From Eledone cirrhosa (Eukaryota), in assembly GCA_964016885.1 (NCBI GenBank), contig OZ024741.1:224440001-224504000 (forward strand): a stretch of DNA of 64,000 nt, read 5' to 3'. Both the position numbers and the translations under genes were made by a program. Of this stretch, positions 60,331-64,000 are shown in pieces. The stretch's first letter is position 1, and every line of letters starts with the position of its first letter. Under the pieces are notes generated by a model. That model saw nothing but the letters and a program-made list of their open reading frames with translations. It made no database searches and was not told the origin of the DNA.

Positions 60331-60501
60331 AACTCTGACAATAATGATGATGACGATGATGATGACAATAATTCTGATGATGATGATGATGATGATGATG
60401 AAAAATGTCTACTCAGTAATTCTTTCGATCTATTTCTATTTCACACACTTTAAATATCTCATTTTGACATTTCTTACTCTCTGCTTACCTGTATACAAGA
60501 T

Positions 60502-60742
60502 TAGTGAAGACGTGTGGCTGAGTGGTTAGAGATTCATAATCTTGAGGTTGTGAGTTCGATTCCTGGACCAGGCGATGCGTTATGTCCTTGAGCAAGACAC
60601 TATTTCACGTTGCTCGTTCTACCTGGAGTTGCGACCGGTAGATGGTACTAGCAACTGGAAAGACCAACGGAGACATTGTTTCCTCGGTCTGATTTGACGA
60701 AAGTCGATACAAGATTGGAGCTTGTCTGCAATTGAATAAATA
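60502..60742 (+). mobile_element. tRNA-derived SINE family B
   Basis: TGGCTGAGTGGTTAG A-box, GAGTTCGATTCC B-box and GTCCTTGAGCAAGACAC; body shared with 31662-31883. Confidence 0.88.
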
Positions 60743-60744
60743 CC

Positions 60745-63700
60745 ATCACACACAAACACATGTGCAGCAATACACATGCATACACACATACACACATGCA
60801 TACACACATACACACATGCATACCATCACACATATACACACACACACACCATCACACATAGACACACACACACACCATCACACATAGACACACACACCAT
60901 CACACATGCATACACACATACACACATGAAGACCATCACACCATCACACATACACACATGCACACATGCACACCACGACACATACACACCATCACAAAGA
61001 CACATATACACACACATGCACACCATAACACATACAAACATACACGCCATTACATCCCATCATACAGACACTTACACACACAGACACACCATCACACAGA
61101 CACACCATCTCACAGACACCAACACAGACACACTATCACACAGACACCATCACACACAGGCACACCATCACACACAGACACACCATCACACACAGGCACA
61201 CCATCACACACAGACACACCATCATACAGAGACACCAACACAGACACACCATCACACACAGACACACCATCATACAGAGACAGCAACACAGACACACCAT
61301 CACACAGACACACCATCACACAGACACCATCACACACAGACACCATCACACAGACACACCATCACACACAGACACCATCACACACAGACACCATCACACA
61401 GACACACCATCACACAGACACACCATCACACACAGGACACCATCACACACAGACACACCATCACACACAGACACCATCACACAGACACCATCACACAGAC
61501 ACACCATCACACACAGACACACCATCACACACAGACACCATCACACAGACACCATCACACAGACACACCATCACACACAGACACACCATCACACACAGAC
61601 ACCATCACACACAGACACACCATCACACAGACACACCATCACACAGACACACCATCACACACAGACACACCATCACACAGACACACCATCACACAGACAC
61701 ACCATCACACACAGACACCATCACACACAGACACACCATCACACACAGGCACACCATCACACAGACACACCATCACACAGACACACCATCACACAGACAT
61801 ACCATCACACAGACACACCATCACACAGACACACCATCACACAGACACACCATCACACACAGACACCATCACACACAGACACACCATCACACAGACACAC
61901 CATCACACAGACACACCATCACACAGACACCATCGCATACAGACACACTATCACACGGACACACCATCACACACAGACACACCATCACACACAGACACAA
62001 ACAGAGACACACCATCACACACAGACACCAACACAGACACACCATCACACAGACACACCATCACACACAGACACCAACACAGACACACCATCACACACAT
62101 ACACCAACACAGACACACCATCACACACAGACACAAACACAGACACACCATCACACACAGACACCAACACAGACACACCATCACACAGACACACCATCAC
62201 ACAGACACCAACACAGACACACCATCACACAGACACCATCACACACAGGCACACCATCACACACAGACACACCATCACACACAGACACACCATCACACAC
62301 AGACACACCATCACACACAGACACCAACACAGACACACCATCACACACAGACACCAACACAGACACACCATCACACAGACACACCATCACACACAGACAC
62401 ACCATCACACACAGACACCATCACACAGACACACCATCACACACAGACACCAACACAGACACACCATTACACACAGACACAAACACAGACACACCATCAC
62501 ACACAGACACCAACACACACAGACACCAACACAGACACACCATCACACAGACACACCATCACACACAGACACACCATCACACACAGACACAAACACAGAC
62601 ACACCATCACACACAGACACCAACACACACAGACACCAACACAGACACACCATCACACAGACACACCATCACACACAGACACACCATCACACAGACACAC
62701 CATCACACACAGACACACCATCACACACAGACACAAACACAGACACACCATCACACACAGACACCAACACACACAGACACCAACACAGACACACCATCAC
62801 ACAGACACACCATCACACACAGACACACCATCACACACAGACACACCATCACACACAGACACACCATCACACACAGACACACCATCACACACAGACACCA
62901 ACACAGACACACCATCACACACAGACACCAACACAGACACACCATCACACAGACACACCATCACACACAGACACACCATCACACACAGACACCATCACAC
63001 AGACACAAACACAGACACACCATCACACACAGACACCAACACAGACACACCATTACACACAGACACAAACACAGACACACCATCACACACAGACACCAAC
63101 ACACACAGACACCAACACAGACACACCATCACACAGACACACCATCACACACAGACACACCATCACACACAGACACAAACACAGACACACCATCACACAC
63201 AGACACCAACACACACAGACACCAACACAGACACACCATCACACAGACACACCATCACACACAGACACACCATCACACACAGACACCAACACAGACACAC
63301 CATCACACAGAGACACCATCACACACAGACACACCATGACACACAGACACCAACACAGACACACCATTACACACAGACACAAACACATACACACCATCAC
63401 AAAGACACATATACACACACATGCACACCATAACACATACAAACATACACGCCATTACATCCCATCATACAGACACTTACACACACAGACACACCATCAC
63501 ACAGACACACCATCTCACAGACACCAACACAGACACACTATCACACAGACACCATCACACACAGGCACACCATCACACACAGACACACTATCACACAGAC
63601 ACACCATCACACACAGACACACCATCACACAGACACACCATCACACACAGGCACACCATCACACACAGACACACCATCATACAGAGACACCAACACAGAC

Positions 63701-64000
63701 ACACCATCACACACAGACACACCATCATACAGAGACACCAACACAAACACACCATCACACACAGGCACACCATCACACACAGACACACCATCATACAGAG
63801 ACACCAACACAGACACACCATCACACACAGACACACCATCATACAGAGACACCAACACAGACACACCATCACACAGACACACCATCACACAGACACACCA
63901 TCATACAGACACACCATCACACACAGGCACACCATCACACACAGACACACCATCACACAGACACACCATCACACACAGACACACCATCACACAGACACAC
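60745..64000. repeat. CA-rich minisatellite (ACACAGACACACCATC and 12-18 bp variants); extends past the window end
   Basis: Directly visible, and includes a 2405-bp higher-order duplication. Confidence 0.96.

Noticed and set aside
60485-60500. Minus-strand splice donor (CAG|GTAAGC) as the upstream exon of the 52858 exon
   Set aside because: The sequence upstream of the donor is an antisense SINE with no credible coding exon.
60776-63433. His/Thr-rich ORFs
   Set aside because: CA-rich minisatellite lacking stop codons by composition.

Overview
Eukaryotic (animal) DNA that is almost all repeat. The SINE/LINE repertoire and microsatellite load suggest a coleoid cephalopod such as Octopus; this is inferred from recalled repeat motifs, not a search. 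Roughly half the window is micro/minisatellite, and nearly all long ORFs in the supplied track are stop-free translations of those arrays, not genes. Most of the rest is nested, mostly decayed transposons: three Tx1/L1-clade LINE copies, several RTE/RTE-X pieces, CR1, CRE-like and R4/Dong-like fragments, a near-complete DD37D (maT) Tc1/mariner element, two copies of a non-autonomous Helitron, and tRNA-derived SINEs. The only host-gene candidate is a minus-strand terminal exon at 52695-52858. The most interesting signals are: (i) a dispersed ~260 bp non-coding element with a minimal type-I hammerhead ribozyme (two copies, one with a 105-bp fold-back, plus a third degenerate hammerhead-like hairpin); (ii) a Helitron whose exact removal restores an R4/Dong reading frame; (iii) a 10-bp satellite that arose inside a LINE 3' UTR; (iv) an internally deleted bipartite RTE derivative; (v) several near-perfect palindromes. 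No CRISPR array, rRNA or genuine tRNA gene was found. Boundaries of degraded elements are approximate (about +/-20 bp) unless a junction sequence is quoted.
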